NCBI GenBank assembly: GCA_041651115.1
Contig: JBAZJY010000002.1
Span: 158,855 to 222,854, forward strand
Source of the DNA: Candidatus Omnitrophota bacterium
GTDB lineage: Bacteria; Omnitrophota; Gorgyraeia; Gygaellales; Profunditerraquicolaceae
Direction: 5' to 3'
Length of the DNA stretch: 64,000 nucleotides
Positions 10,405 to 19,775 of this stretch are shown here, one piece after another; position 1 is the stretch's first letter; each line of letters opens with the position of its first letter. A program made the position numbers and the translations under genes. The notes under the pieces are model-generated. The model worked only from the letters and a program-made list of their open reading frames with translations, had not been told where the DNA came from and did no database searches.

Positions 10405-10432
10405 TTGACTTAAGGAATCGGATTCGTATAAT
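10405..10432 (+). promoter_or_regulatory. sigma70-like promoter (TTGACT-16nt-TATAAT) of the biosynthetic operon
   Basis: TTGACT lies at 10405-10410 and TATAAT at 10427-10432. It is the only sizeable intergenic gap before 11 kb of co-directional overlapping genes. Confidence 0.6.
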
Positions 10433-10436
10433 AAAT

Positions 10437-10454
10437 ATAGTAAAATTTTACTAT
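10437..10454 (+). promoter_or_regulatory. 18-bp perfect palindrome ATAGTAAAATTTTACTAT (candidate operator) immediately downstream of the -10
   Basis: The sequence equals its own reverse complement. It overlaps the predicted transcription start of the operon beginning at 10471. Confidence 0.5.
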
Positions 10455-10470
10455 ACACGAGGCATAACCT

Positions 10471-10734
10471 ATGAATTGGGAACCGGGTACAGAGGCAAGG
10501 TTCAAGGCAGTCATCTCTAAACTTCCGATCTTTCACCGCCGGATCGCCGAGAACGCTGTGGCCGTAAAGGCCGAAGAAAACGCCGGCGCAAGGAAAAGCC
10601 CGCAGGTTGAAGAGCAGGATGTGGTTGCCGCGTTCTTTTCAGACGTGCCTTCCCCGTTTTACAGTATGATGGTCCGCCTCCTGGAGCAGTCCGGTTTTGA
10701 TTATAAAAAATACGGTTACCCTAAGAACAAATGA
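10471..10734 (+). CDS. PCP-reductase-family small protein (protochlorophyllide reductase 57 kDa subunit C-terminal domain-like)
   Basis: 87 aa. The W..EA.ARFK....P.F.RR.AE..V...AE pattern matches standalone PF08369-type proteins. Confidence 0.45.
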   Translation: MNWEPGTEARFKAVISKLPIFHRRIAENAVAVKAEENAGARKSPQVEEQDVVAAFFSDVPSPFYSMMVRLLEQSGFDYKKYGYPKNK

Positions 10735-11735
10735 TGATTGCGGTGATTGGCAGCGGCGCCATAGGCGGCCTTGTTGCCGGGTATCTTAAAGAAAAAGGCC
10801 GGGACGTCCTATTGGTGGGTAACCCGGCTGCGGTAGAAGCGGTCAAGGTTAACGGCCTATCCATAAGCGGGGTAAGGGGCAATATTAAGGTAAAGATAGA
10901 TATTGCCAACCGTTTAGACCGGCAATACGGTCTGGTAGTGCTTGCGGTTAAGACGCAGGACGTTGAAAAAGCTGTAAAAGATAACCTCGCTTTTTTAAAG
11001 GACTCCGTAATCCTGACCGCGCAGAACGGTATTCAGGCGGATAATATTGTCAGCCGCTTTGTTGCCGAGGAAAAGATCGTTTCCAGTATTGTGATGTTCG
11101 GCTCAACCTGTATTGAGCCGGCAAAAATAGTGCATAATTTTGAAGGCGGCTGGATCATTGGCAAGGCCTTTGGCGCTGATGACAGCGTCGTAGATAAGGC
11201 GGCAGCGGCGCTTGGTGAAATATTCCCCGTAACCGTTGCTGCGGATATCCGGGGAATGAAATACCTGAAAGTATTTGTGAATGCCAATAACTGCATTCCG
11301 GCGATCCTGGGCATAAGCATGCAGGAAGCGTTTGCCGATATCCAAGTCAGCCGCATCAGCATTGCTATCTGGCGCGAAGGGTTTGATATTATCAGAAGGG
11401 CGGGGATAAAAATGGCTTCTTTGCCGGATTTTCCTCTGGAACGGCTGACCAGGCTTTTATCTTTACCCGCGCCTGAAGCGGCAAAGATTTTCTCCGGGAT
11501 CATGGCCAGCCTCAGTAAAGAGCCTTTATACGGGTCGATATTACAGAGCATAAAACGGGGAAAGTCTTCGGAAATAGATTATATCAACGGCGAATTCGTA
11601 AACATTAGCCGGCAGAATAACAGCCACGCTCCTTTAAATGAAAAATTAACGGAGATGGTGCATCGGGTGGAAAAAACCGGCAAATTCCTTTCTAAGCAGG
11701 AATTGCTTGAGGAAACGAAGGATTTAGTCGATTAA
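10731..11735 (+). CDS. 2-dehydropantoate 2-reductase family NAD(P)-dependent oxidoreductase (ApbA/PanE-like)
   Basis: N-terminal Rossmann IAVIGSGAIGGLVAGYL, 334 aa, KPR-family layout. Confidence 0.6.
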   Translation: MMIAVIGSGAIGGLVAGYLKEKGRDVLLVGNPAAVEAVKVNGLSISGVRGNIKVKIDIANRLDRQYGLVVLAVKTQDVEKAVKDNLAFLKDSVILTAQNGIQADNIVSRFVAEEKIVSSIVMFGSTCIEPAKIVHNFEGGWIIGKAFGADDSVVDKAAAALGEIFPVTVAADIRGMKYLKVFVNANNCIPAILGISMQEAFADIQVSRISIAIWREGFDIIRRAGIKMASLPDFPLERLTRLLSLPAPEAAKIFSGIMASLSKEPLYGSILQSIKRGKSSEIDYINGEFVNISRQNNSHAPLNEKLTEMVHRVEKTGKFLSKQELLEETKDLVD

Positions 11736-11736
11736 T

Positions 11737-12366
11737 ATGCAAGGCAAAAACGAAAATTATGACGCGGGCTCTGTAAATAGCCCGTTCCCAAAGCTAAAGC
11801 TTACCGTAACCAATGTTTTTGGGGAATGTTACCACGGGTATAAAGTAGGCGACGAGCTGGTTCTCGGCGATTTTACCCATCCGCCGAAACATTTTTGCCT
11901 GGGGCTGGCGCATGCCTTATTCCCGGTGATCTACGCGTTAAGTTTCGGGGCAAAGTTCGGCTTCCGCGATAACCAGCGTTCACTTTTAGTTACCTGCCCG
12001 GACGGCGGCAAGCTTGAATTCAAGGCTGAAGTTTTAGATAAGGACGGCAAGGTTGAATTCCTGCCTAAGGACCCCGGCCATAAAGGGCCGAACCCTAAAA
12101 AAATGATCATCGAGGCAGTCAAAGCAAAAGGTAAATGCGCATTTGGTTATAAAGTAGGAGATAAGTGGGAAACTACCGGGCTTAAATGCATTCCCGGGTT
12201 TTGCGGGGCTGCGTTTCATACCGCATTCCCCGCGTTATTTGCGCTTAATTTCGGGGCAAAGTTCTTTTTTATGCCCGATCCAAATTCCGTAGATACAGTT
12301 ACCTGCCCGGACGGCGGGAATATCGTGTTCAAAGTAAAAAGAGTGGAAGAAGAAGAGAAGGAATAG
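11737..12366 (+). CDS. tandem-duplicated TIGR04076-like Cys-containing protein
   Basis: Two internal repeats each carry C.HGYKVGD...G..C.G......FP...AL.FGAKF.F.......V.CPDGGN..FK. Each repeat resembles the ~90-aa TIGR04076 family. Confidence 0.5.
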   Translation: MQGKNENYDAGSVNSPFPKLKLTVTNVFGECYHGYKVGDELVLGDFTHPPKHFCLGLAHALFPVIYALSFGAKFGFRDNQRSLLVTCPDGGKLEFKAEVLDKDGKVEFLPKDPGHKGPNPKKMIIEAVKAKGKCAFGYKVGDKWETTGLKCIPGFCGAAFHTAFPALFALNFGAKFFFMPDPNSVDTVTCPDGGNIVFKVKRVEEEEKE

Positions 12367-12367
12367 T

Positions 12368-13630
12368 ATGAAAAAGAGAAGAGTGGTGATCACCGGTATC
12401 GGCACGGTTTCGCCTAATGGGATTGGTAAGGAGAATGCATGGAAGGCAATGTCTTCGGGAAAATCCGGGGTAAAGCTCGTGGATGGTTTTGACGTGTCAA
12501 TGTTCAACACGCAGATCGCTGCCGAGGTCAGGGATTTTGACCCGTTCAAATTAGGCCTGACGCATGAAGAAGCCGTGCGTATGGACAGGTATGTGCAATT
12601 TGGCGTAGTTGCCGGAGATATGGCAATAAAGGATTCCAGCCTTGATTTTTCCAAGGAAGACCCTGAGCGCGTAGGCGTTTGCCTTGCTAACGCCATCTGC
12701 GGCACGAAGTATATGGAAGAAGAGTTCGTTATGGTTACCGATAACGGTAAAAATCCCATTGACCCTTCGCGGGTGAGGCAGGACCTTTATGACGCGGCAA
12801 TGTTTAATACTCCTTCGATCGAACTGTCCGCGCGTTATAAATTAAAAGGCATCTGCAATACTTTATCCACCGGCTGTACTGCCGGCACGGATTCTTTAGG
12901 TTTTGCCCTGGAAACCATCCAGGATGGCGAACAGGATATCATGGTCGCGGGCGCAGCAGAGGCCCCGATCACCCCGATCACTTTCGGCGCGTTTGACGTG
13001 GTGAACGTCCTTTCCAGCCGCAATGCCGAGCCGGAAAAAGCGTCACGCCCGTTTGACAATAAGCGGGACGGCTTTGTGCTTTCGGAAGGCGCTGGTATTT
13101 TAATATTAGAAGAGCTTCAGCACGCGTTAAAACGTAACGCCCGCATATATTGCGAAGTGCTCGGCTTTGGCACGAGCTGCAATGCTTTCCATATGACTGA
13201 TCTGCCGGGTGATGGATCGGCAATGGCAAATTGCATAAGCATGGCGCTTAAGGACGCGGAAATGAAACCTCAGGAGATCGATTATATCAACGCGCACGGC
13301 TCATCTACGCGCATGAACGATATTTTTGAGACTTCTGCATATAAGATGATCTTTGGCGATTACGCCTATAAGCTGCCGATGAGCTCCTTTAAGTCAATGA
13401 TCGGCCATCCTTTGGCAGCGTCTAACGCAATTGAGCTGACGGTTTGCTCGATGATCTTCGAGAAAAATATCCTTCCTCCTACGATAAACCAGGAAGAAAA
13501 AGACCCCCTCTGCGACCTGGATTACATCCCGAATGTTGCCCGGGCAAAGAAGGTGAATACGATATTAAAGACAAGCAGCGGGTTTTCCGGAATTCATTCT
13601 TCGCTGATTATTAAACGTCTGGAGATATAA
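12368..13630 (+). CDS. beta-ketoacyl synthase, type II PKS KS-alpha-like
   Basis: 420 aa. Active-site LSTGCTAGTDSLG matches the KS-alpha signature, and His-His motifs are present (HMTD, NAHGSST). Confidence 0.8.
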   Translation: MKKRRVVITGIGTVSPNGIGKENAWKAMSSGKSGVKLVDGFDVSMFNTQIAAEVRDFDPFKLGLTHEEAVRMDRYVQFGVVAGDMAIKDSSLDFSKEDPERVGVCLANAICGTKYMEEEFVMVTDNGKNPIDPSRVRQDLYDAAMFNTPSIELSARYKLKGICNTLSTGCTAGTDSLGFALETIQDGEQDIMVAGAAEAPITPITFGAFDVVNVLSSRNAEPEKASRPFDNKRDGFVLSEGAGILILEELQHALKRNARIYCEVLGFGTSCNAFHMTDLPGDGSAMANCISMALKDAEMKPQEIDYINAHGSSTRMNDIFETSAYKMIFGDYAYKLPMSSFKSMIGHPLAASNAIELTVCSMIFEKNILPPTINQEEKDPLCDLDYIPNVARAKKVNTILKTSSGFSGIHSSLIIKRLEI

Positions 13631-14869
13631 ATGGCAAAGACAGCAATTACAGGGATCGGTATTGTCGCGCCCTCGGGTATAGGTAAGCGCCAGTTCTGGG
13701 CAAACGTTAAATCCGGACGTTCGTCCATAAAAGAGATCACCCGTTTTGACGCTTCAAAATATCCCGCGCATATTGCCGGCCAGATCGACGACTTAGAAAA
13801 ATATAGCCATGTTTCCGAGCGGCTTTTAAAAAAGATCGACGCATTTTCGCATATGGCCTTGATCGCATCCGAACTTGCGCTGCAGGATGCGGGTATTGAT
13901 ATCAAAAATGAAGACCCGAACCTCGTAGGTATATTTTTAGGCAATGCCATCGGCGGATGGCTCTATGCCGAAACCGAGCTGCGCGACCTGTATATTGAAG
14001 GCCGCGAGGGTGTGTCGCCTTATATGGCGTCGGCGTGGTTTCCCGCGGCGCCGCAAGGCCAGGTCTCCATTTATTACGGGATAAAAGGTTTCAGTAAAAC
14101 TGTAGTTGCCGACCGCGCCAGTTCTGCGATGGCCATCGGCTATGCCAATAAAACTTTAAGTAAGGATAAATTGAATATGATCCTTGCCGGCGGCATGGAA
14201 GCGCCGGTAACGCCTTACGCGCTGTTATGCTGCAATACTTACGGCGGGCTTTCTGTCGATAACGCGCATCCCGCGGCTGCTTACCGGCCGTTTGACAGGA
14301 AACGCAGCGGCTTTGTCATCGGCGAAGGCGCGGGGATCATGGTTATGGAGCCTATAGAGCGCGCAAAGGCGCGGAAGGCAAATATTTTAGCCTATACCTG
14401 CGGCTATGGTTACAGTTGTGACGCTATTGATCGGATTAATCCCGATGCTTCAGGTGTGCAATTGGCACGCGCGATAAAAATGGCGCTGAGTGACGCAAAA
14501 GTAAAAGCAGAAGAGATCGATTATATAAGCTTAGATGGACTGGCGGTAAAATCATGGGATGCAGGAGAGGTAGCGGCAATAAAGGAAGTTTTCGGGCCAA
14601 AGGCCAAAGGCATACCTGTAAGTTGCCCAAAATCAATGTTCGGTAATTTACTGGGCGCTTCCGGCGCAGTTGACCTGATCACCGCGGTTATGGCAATGGA
14701 AAACAGCCTGGTGCCTCCGACAATCAACCTTGACGACCCGGACTTGAACGGGCTAAACTATGTTACCGGGGAATCGCGCGAGTATAAAATAAATAAAGCC
14801 CTGATCATTTCCCGCGGCAGGGGCGGGATCAATTCAGCGTTGGTAATAGAAAAAGGAGGGTCAAAGTGA
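13631..14869 (+). CDS. ketosynthase-like chain-length-factor (KS-beta/CLF-like), catalytically inactive partner
   Basis: 412 aa KS fold. The active-site Cys is replaced (VADRASSAM aligns to STGCTAGTD), and the second His motif is lost (YISLDG instead of NAHG). Confidence 0.7.
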   Translation: MAKTAITGIGIVAPSGIGKRQFWANVKSGRSSIKEITRFDASKYPAHIAGQIDDLEKYSHVSERLLKKIDAFSHMALIASELALQDAGIDIKNEDPNLVGIFLGNAIGGWLYAETELRDLYIEGREGVSPYMASAWFPAAPQGQVSIYYGIKGFSKTVVADRASSAMAIGYANKTLSKDKLNMILAGGMEAPVTPYALLCCNTYGGLSVDNAHPAAAYRPFDRKRSGFVIGEGAGIMVMEPIERAKARKANILAYTCGYGYSCDAIDRINPDASGVQLARAIKMALSDAKVKAEEIDYISLDGLAVKSWDAGEVAAIKEVFGPKAKGIPVSCPKSMFGNLLGASGAVDLITAVMAMENSLVPPTINLDDPDLNGLNYVTGESREYKINKALIISRGRGGINSALVIEKGGSK

Positions 14870-16326
14870 AAATATTATTCGTAATGCCAAAAGTAGGGGC
14901 GTGGGCAACGCACGGCATTCATCGTTCGCCAAATCAACTTTATGCGCATTGGGCGGCATATGTGCGCGAAAGAGGCTATGAGGATGTGGCGGTTATAGAC
15001 GGCAAAGCCGATCAGATACCCATGGATCAACTGATTGAGCAGGTAAAAGAGAAGAATCCCGATGTCGTGGTCATGGGTGAACAGCTGCATGGTTATGGCG
15101 GATACGGAGTTTTGCGGCATTTTCACGATGCAGCCGTCGGCATTAAAAAAGCGCTTCCCAAAACAAAAATAGTTTTTGGCGGGTTATGGTATTCTGCCAT
15201 GCCTGTGCATACATTAGAAGGTATCCCTGAGGTAGACTTTGTAGTCATGGGCGAAGAAGAATCTTTCGGCGATCTGATCGAGGCAATCGATAAAAAGAAA
15301 GATTTTAAAGACGTGGGCGGAGTTACTTCGCGCATCGGCAGCGAGATTGTCATGGGGCCGCACAAGCCGCTCATGGAAGACCTGGATAAACTGCCGCTTC
15401 CGGCATATGACCTGTTCCCGATGGGTAAATACGTCGGGCACACCTATTGGAAGCCGTTCGTAGATATGGTTACTTCCCGCGGCTGCCCTTCTGCGTGTAC
15501 TTTTTGTTATGAGTGGGACCAGTTTGACCCGCGCAGCCCTTCGGATTTCCTGAAATGGCGCGCTAAATCACCGGAGCGGGTGATCGAAGAGATGGAGCTT
15601 TTACAGAATAAATACGGGGTCAAGGTAGTGGTGATCCAGGACGATAATTTTAACGTTGATCCTGCGCGCGTGAAAAGATTCTGCGAACTAAAGAAGCAGA
15701 AAAAGATAGATATTAAATGGGTTTCCCTGGGCCGCGCCATTGACTGGGTCAATTGCGAAAGCGTGCTTCCCCTGATGAAGGAGACCGGCTTGTTCATGGG
15801 CGTATTCGGCATTGAAGTTACTACGCAATCAGAGCTTAAAAAGATCGCCAAGGGCATAACTTTAGATCAGATCAAAAAAACCATCGAGATCCTGCGCAAG
15901 AACGACATCGCGATTGTCGCGGACATTATGATGGGTTTTGATTACGATACAGAAGAGATCATCAAACAGCGGTTTGAATTCACCGATCAGGTTGACCCGG
16001 ATATCCTTTGGGTCGGCTATGTCACGCCTGCGCCGAATTCCCCGATGTGGAAGATCGCCTTGAAGAAAAACTGGATTGACCCCAAAAAAGTTGATTTCAG
16101 CACCTGGGATTTCCTGCACCCGGTCATCCCTACCGATCATTTAAGTACTGAAGACCTGGGCAGGCTGGGTTCCTGGTGTATGCGTGAATTTTTCTCAAAG
16201 CCGGGCAGGATCAACCGGATCATGGAAAGCAATTTTGATATGCTTGCCAAGCTCTGTTTCAAGGATGTTATGGACGGGATTAACAAATGGGAAGCCGGAG
16301 CGACAAAAGGCGAGGTGCATATTTAA
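14866..16326 (+). CDS. B12-binding domain radical SAM protein (class B)
   Basis: N-terminal cobalamin-binding Rossmann-like domain. CPSACTFC cluster (CxxxCxxC) at residues ~200. 486 aa. Confidence 0.8.
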   Translation: MKILFVMPKVGAWATHGIHRSPNQLYAHWAAYVRERGYEDVAVIDGKADQIPMDQLIEQVKEKNPDVVVMGEQLHGYGGYGVLRHFHDAAVGIKKALPKTKIVFGGLWYSAMPVHTLEGIPEVDFVVMGEEESFGDLIEAIDKKKDFKDVGGVTSRIGSEIVMGPHKPLMEDLDKLPLPAYDLFPMGKYVGHTYWKPFVDMVTSRGCPSACTFCYEWDQFDPRSPSDFLKWRAKSPERVIEEMELLQNKYGVKVVVIQDDNFNVDPARVKRFCELKKQKKIDIKWVSLGRAIDWVNCESVLPLMKETGLFMGVFGIEVTTQSELKKIAKGITLDQIKKTIEILRKNDIAIVADIMMGFDYDTEEIIKQRFEFTDQVDPDILWVGYVTPAPNSPMWKIALKKNWIDPKKVDFSTWDFLHPVIPTDHLSTEDLGRLGSWCMREFFSKPGRINRIMESNFDMLAKLCFKDVMDGINKWEAGATKGEVHI

Positions 16327-16337
16327 CGGAGGCGGAT

Positions 16338-16577
16338 ATGGAAGTAAAAGAAAAGATTAAAGATGTGTTCGTGGATCTTTTAAAGGTCAAGCGCGCAGAA
16401 TTAAAAGACGATATCAACCTGCAGAGTTCGATCGGCGTGGATTCCACGGAAATGGTAGAGAGCGTGATCGCCCTGGAAAAGGCCTTCGGCGTGAAATTAA
16501 GCCCGAAAGAGATCACCAAATTTTCCACGCTTAACGACATTGAAAAGAATATCCAGTCCAAGCTGGCAGGTAAATAA
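16338..16577 (+). CDS. acyl carrier protein
   Basis: 79 aa from ATG at 16338, which follows a GGAGG RBS. It has the phosphopantetheine-attachment motif GVDSTEMVE. Confidence 0.75.
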   Translation: MEVKEKIKDVFVDLLKVKRAELKDDINLQSSIGVDSTEMVESVIALEKAFGVKLSPKEITKFSTLNDIEKNIQSKLAGK

Positions 16578-16578
16578 A

Positions 16579-17379
16579 ATGACGATAATCGACTTAAGCC
16601 TACCCATTGACGAACGCGCCCCGGAAGTGCACCCCTTCGGCATTGAACGGCTTGGCCATAAAGAAGGCGTGCGCCATTTAAACTGGGTGATGATGAAGAA
16701 AACCCTTTTGGGCCGGGTATCTTTTTTCCTGGGCAAGCGGCTGATCAAACCGCAGGAGCTTCCCGACGAGGAATTCCTTTCTTTGGAGACCGTGCATTGC
16801 CCGGTGCATATCGGCACGCATATTGACTATACATACCATTACGGCACGAAATGCGAAGGCCGCGCATCTAAGAGCATCAGCGAACTGCCCTTAAAATGGT
16901 GTTTTTCCGACGGCGTTGTCTTGAATTTCACTTTCCGCCAGCCCGGAGAGGTGATCTCGCGGCTGGACGTGGAAGAGGCGCTTAAGAAAATAAATTACAG
17001 CGTAAAGCCCAACGACATCGTGCTTTTCCATACGGCAGCGGACCGGTTTTTCGGCACGCTTGATTACCTGAATAATTACCCGGGAGTTTCTCCGGATGCC
17101 ATAGAATTCCTGCTGAATATGGGGGTGAAGATCATCGGTATAGACACCCTTGGGTTTGACCGGCCGTATAAATTCATGATGCGCGATTTTATGCGCACGA
17201 AAAACCCGGCATTCCTCTGGCCGGCGCATTTTTTCGGCAGGAAGCGGGAATACGCGCATATTGAGCGTCTTACTAATTTGGACAAGCTGCCGCCGTTTGG
17301 TTTCAAGATACAGTGTTTCCCGATCAAGATCCTTGATTGCGGCGCTGCCTGGGCAAGAGTAGTAGCAATATTAGATTAG
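16579..17379 (+). CDS. putative cyclase family protein (PF04199, kynurenine formamidase-like)
   Basis: The HCPVHIGTHIDYTYH metal-binding motif is typical of this family. Start is taken at ATG 16579, just after the ACP stop. Confidence 0.65.
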   Translation: MTIIDLSLPIDERAPEVHPFGIERLGHKEGVRHLNWVMMKKTLLGRVSFFLGKRLIKPQELPDEEFLSLETVHCPVHIGTHIDYTYHYGTKCEGRASKSISELPLKWCFSDGVVLNFTFRQPGEVISRLDVEEALKKINYSVKPNDIVLFHTAADRFFGTLDYLNNYPGVSPDAIEFLLNMGVKIIGIDTLGFDRPYKFMMRDFMRTKNPAFLWPAHFFGRKREYAHIERLTNLDKLPPFGFKIQCFPIKILDCGAAWARVVAILD

Positions 17380-17391
17380 AGAGGTGGAAAT

Positions 17392-17838
17392 ATGGGCCAT
17401 ACGTGTAATTCCATTATCATCAACGCGCCTTACGATTTGATTTTTGATATTTCCAACGACATCCCGCGCTGGACAGAATTGTTCGGCACAGAGTACCAGA
17501 AAGCCGAGATTGTAAAAAAAGAAGGCAATAAGATCACCTTCCGGCTTACCGATGACGAAGGAAAATCATGGCAGTCATGGCGGCTCTTGTTCAAGGACAA
17601 TTACCTTGCGTATGCGGAAAGAGAAGAGCCGAAATTCCCCTTTAAATATATGAAGATCATTTGGCTCTATACACCTAAGCCCGGGGGAATTGAGTTGACC
17701 TGGATTCAGCATTTTGAAATGGATGAAAAGGCCAAATTCAACGACGAGCAGGTGGAAGGCTTTATCAATAAGCACTCCAAGGACAATCTTAAGATATTTA
17801 AAGAAGTTATTGAAAAAGAAGCCAAGACAAATAAGTGA
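17392..17838 (+). CDS. SRPBCC / polyketide cyclase-dehydrase (Polyketide_cyc2-like) protein
   Basis: 148 aa, START/Bet v1-like composition resembling TcmN-type ARO/CYC domains. Confidence 0.5.
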   Translation: MGHTCNSIIINAPYDLIFDISNDIPRWTELFGTEYQKAEIVKKEGNKITFRLTDDEGKSWQSWRLLFKDNYLAYAEREEPKFPFKYMKIIWLYTPKPGGIELTWIQHFEMDEKAKFNDEQVEGFINKHSKDNLKIFKEVIEKEAKTNK

Positions 17839-18959
17839 AAAGGTCCTTATTCATTATCTTCTGTCTTGAAGGCGCGATCCTCTCTTTTAACGTCGCTGCC
17901 TGTTCAGCTTTGATCCCCTCAATCTCCCAGGAATTTTCTGTTTCACAATTTATCGCCGGCAGGGCAGTGTGGCTGTATATGCTGCCTTACGGGATCGCCG
18001 CGCTTTTATACGGTCCGCTGGTGCGGCGCTTTGACGCGCGCAGGATAGAATTAACCTGTTTTTTATTTTTTTCTTTGGCAAACCTGTTTGCCGCGCTTTC
18101 CCCGGACATCAACAGGTTTTTCACCGCCAGGCTTTTAATGGGCATATTCGGCGCTTCGGTGATCCCGCTGGTGTTGATACTGATCGCCCGCCACGGCGCG
18201 GCAAAGACAAGGGGCAGGCAGATAGGCGTATTTTTCAGCGCTACTTTTGTTGCCTCGCTTGCCGGTTTATTCTTAAGCGGGCTGATTAATTGGCGGATGA
18301 TCTTTCTTATTCCCGGCCTGGCAGGCATTGCGCTTTGGGTATACATGTATTTTAACCTGCCAAGTTTCCAGAAAGACTGCGGCGGTTTTAAAATAAATTA
18401 CCTGGCTGCTTTTAAAAGCAGGGCAGTGGTTTCCATATTTACCTATATATTCCTTATCAGCCTGCTTTATCACGGCGTTCAGCAGTGGCTGGGAGTATTT
18501 TTCTCCGTGAAATTCGGTTTAAGCCAGTTTTTAGTCAGCATGCTGGTAACGCTTACCAGCCTAAGCGGCATATTCGGCGAGGTGATCGGCGGCTGGCTTG
18601 CGGATACGCTCGGCAGGATAAGGACCATTGATTTGGGCATAATGATCATGATAGTGTCTTTAATATTACTGCTTTTTAAAATACCGCTTGTGATGATTGC
18701 CGTAGCGATGATTGCCTGGGGCCTGGGCTGGACATTTAATCATGCGGGTTTGTCTACGCTGCTTACCGACCTGCCGTCTGAATTCCTTAACGAGGCAGCG
18801 AGTTTGAACAGCAGCGTGCGTTTTGTTTCCGGCGGTGTAGGCGCGGCAGCAGGCGGCATGATCATGCAAAAAAGTTTTTCAACCGGTTTCATCATCGCGG
18901 CCGTAGCTTTAACCGCACTGGCCGTTTCAGCGAAAAAACTATTAAACCAAGGGGGATAA
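17835..18959 (+). CDS. MFS transporter
   Basis: 374 aa, ~12 TM helices with MFS loop motifs. Confidence 0.7.
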   Translation: MKRSLFIIFCLEGAILSFNVAACSALIPSISQEFSVSQFIAGRAVWLYMLPYGIAALLYGPLVRRFDARRIELTCFLFFSLANLFAALSPDINRFFTARLLMGIFGASVIPLVLILIARHGAAKTRGRQIGVFFSATFVASLAGLFLSGLINWRMIFLIPGLAGIALWVYMYFNLPSFQKDCGGFKINYLAAFKSRAVVSIFTYIFLISLLYHGVQQWLGVFFSVKFGLSQFLVSMLVTLTSLSGIFGEVIGGWLADTLGRIRTIDLGIMIMIVSLILLLFKIPLVMIAVAMIAWGLGWTFNHAGLSTLLTDLPSEFLNEAASLNSSVRFVSGGVGAAAGGMIMQKSFSTGFIIAAVALTALAVSAKKLLNQGG

Positions 18960-18960
18960 C

Positions 18961-19734
18961 ATGTCAGAACTAAAAGGAAAGACAGCGATCGTTACCGGCG
19001 CAAGCCGGGGCATTGGTAAGGCGCTTGCCTGTACAGCAGCAAGCCTGGGGATCAATTTAGCAATTGCCGCCCGGCAGGAAGGCCCGTTAAAAGAGACGGC
19101 GGATGAAATCGCCAAAAAATATAACGTTCAGGTCTTGCCGGTAGCCTGCGATGTTACCAAGCTTGAAGACCTTGAGAATCTGGTGAATAAGGCAAAGGAA
19201 AAATTCGGGAAAATAGATATCCTGATCAATAACGCCGGCGTTTCCAGCCAATACCCGTTCCATGAACAGCCGATAGAAGACTTTGAGAAACTGGCGCATA
19301 CCAATTACCTGGGCTATGTGCGCTTGATTCGCCTGGTGATCAATGATATGATTAAAAATAAATCCGGGGCGATCATTAACATGGTTTCCGGGTCAACGCT
19401 TTGTGACCCTTTACCGAGGAATTTTATCGTCTATAGTTCTTTAAAAGTCGGCTTGCGCGCATTTTCCAAGGCTTTATTTTGGGAGTTGCGCGACTACGGC
19501 ATAAAAGTGACTTCTCTTTTACCCGGGGTCACCGATACGGACCTGACCGGAAAGCTTAAAGAGATTACCAATGAAAATTCCCGGTTAATGTCTACCGAGG
19601 CAATTGAAAATGCAGTGAAATTCGCGCTTACTGTCCCGGCAAATGTCTGTCCATTGGAAATTGCCGTGATCAACCAGCAGACGCCGTGGACTGCGCCGGT
19701 TATACCATACAAGCAGGCACACCCGGGAAAATAA
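18961..19734 (+). CDS. SDR family oxidoreductase (ketoreductase)
   Basis: TGASRGIGKA Rossmann motif, NNAG, and the YSSLK catalytic Tyr-Lys pair. Confidence 0.85.
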   Translation: MSELKGKTAIVTGASRGIGKALACTAASLGINLAIAARQEGPLKETADEIAKKYNVQVLPVACDVTKLEDLENLVNKAKEKFGKIDILINNAGVSSQYPFHEQPIEDFEKLAHTNYLGYVRLIRLVINDMIKNKSGAIINMVSGSTLCDPLPRNFIVYSSLKVGLRAFSKALFWELRDYGIKVTSLLPGVTDTDLTGKLKEITNENSRLMSTEAIENAVKFALTVPANVCPLEIAVINQQTPWTAPVIPYKQAHPGK

Positions 19735-19775
19735 CTTCGTCTGGTGCATCATCTTTGTTGAAAAAGGAGGAGAAT

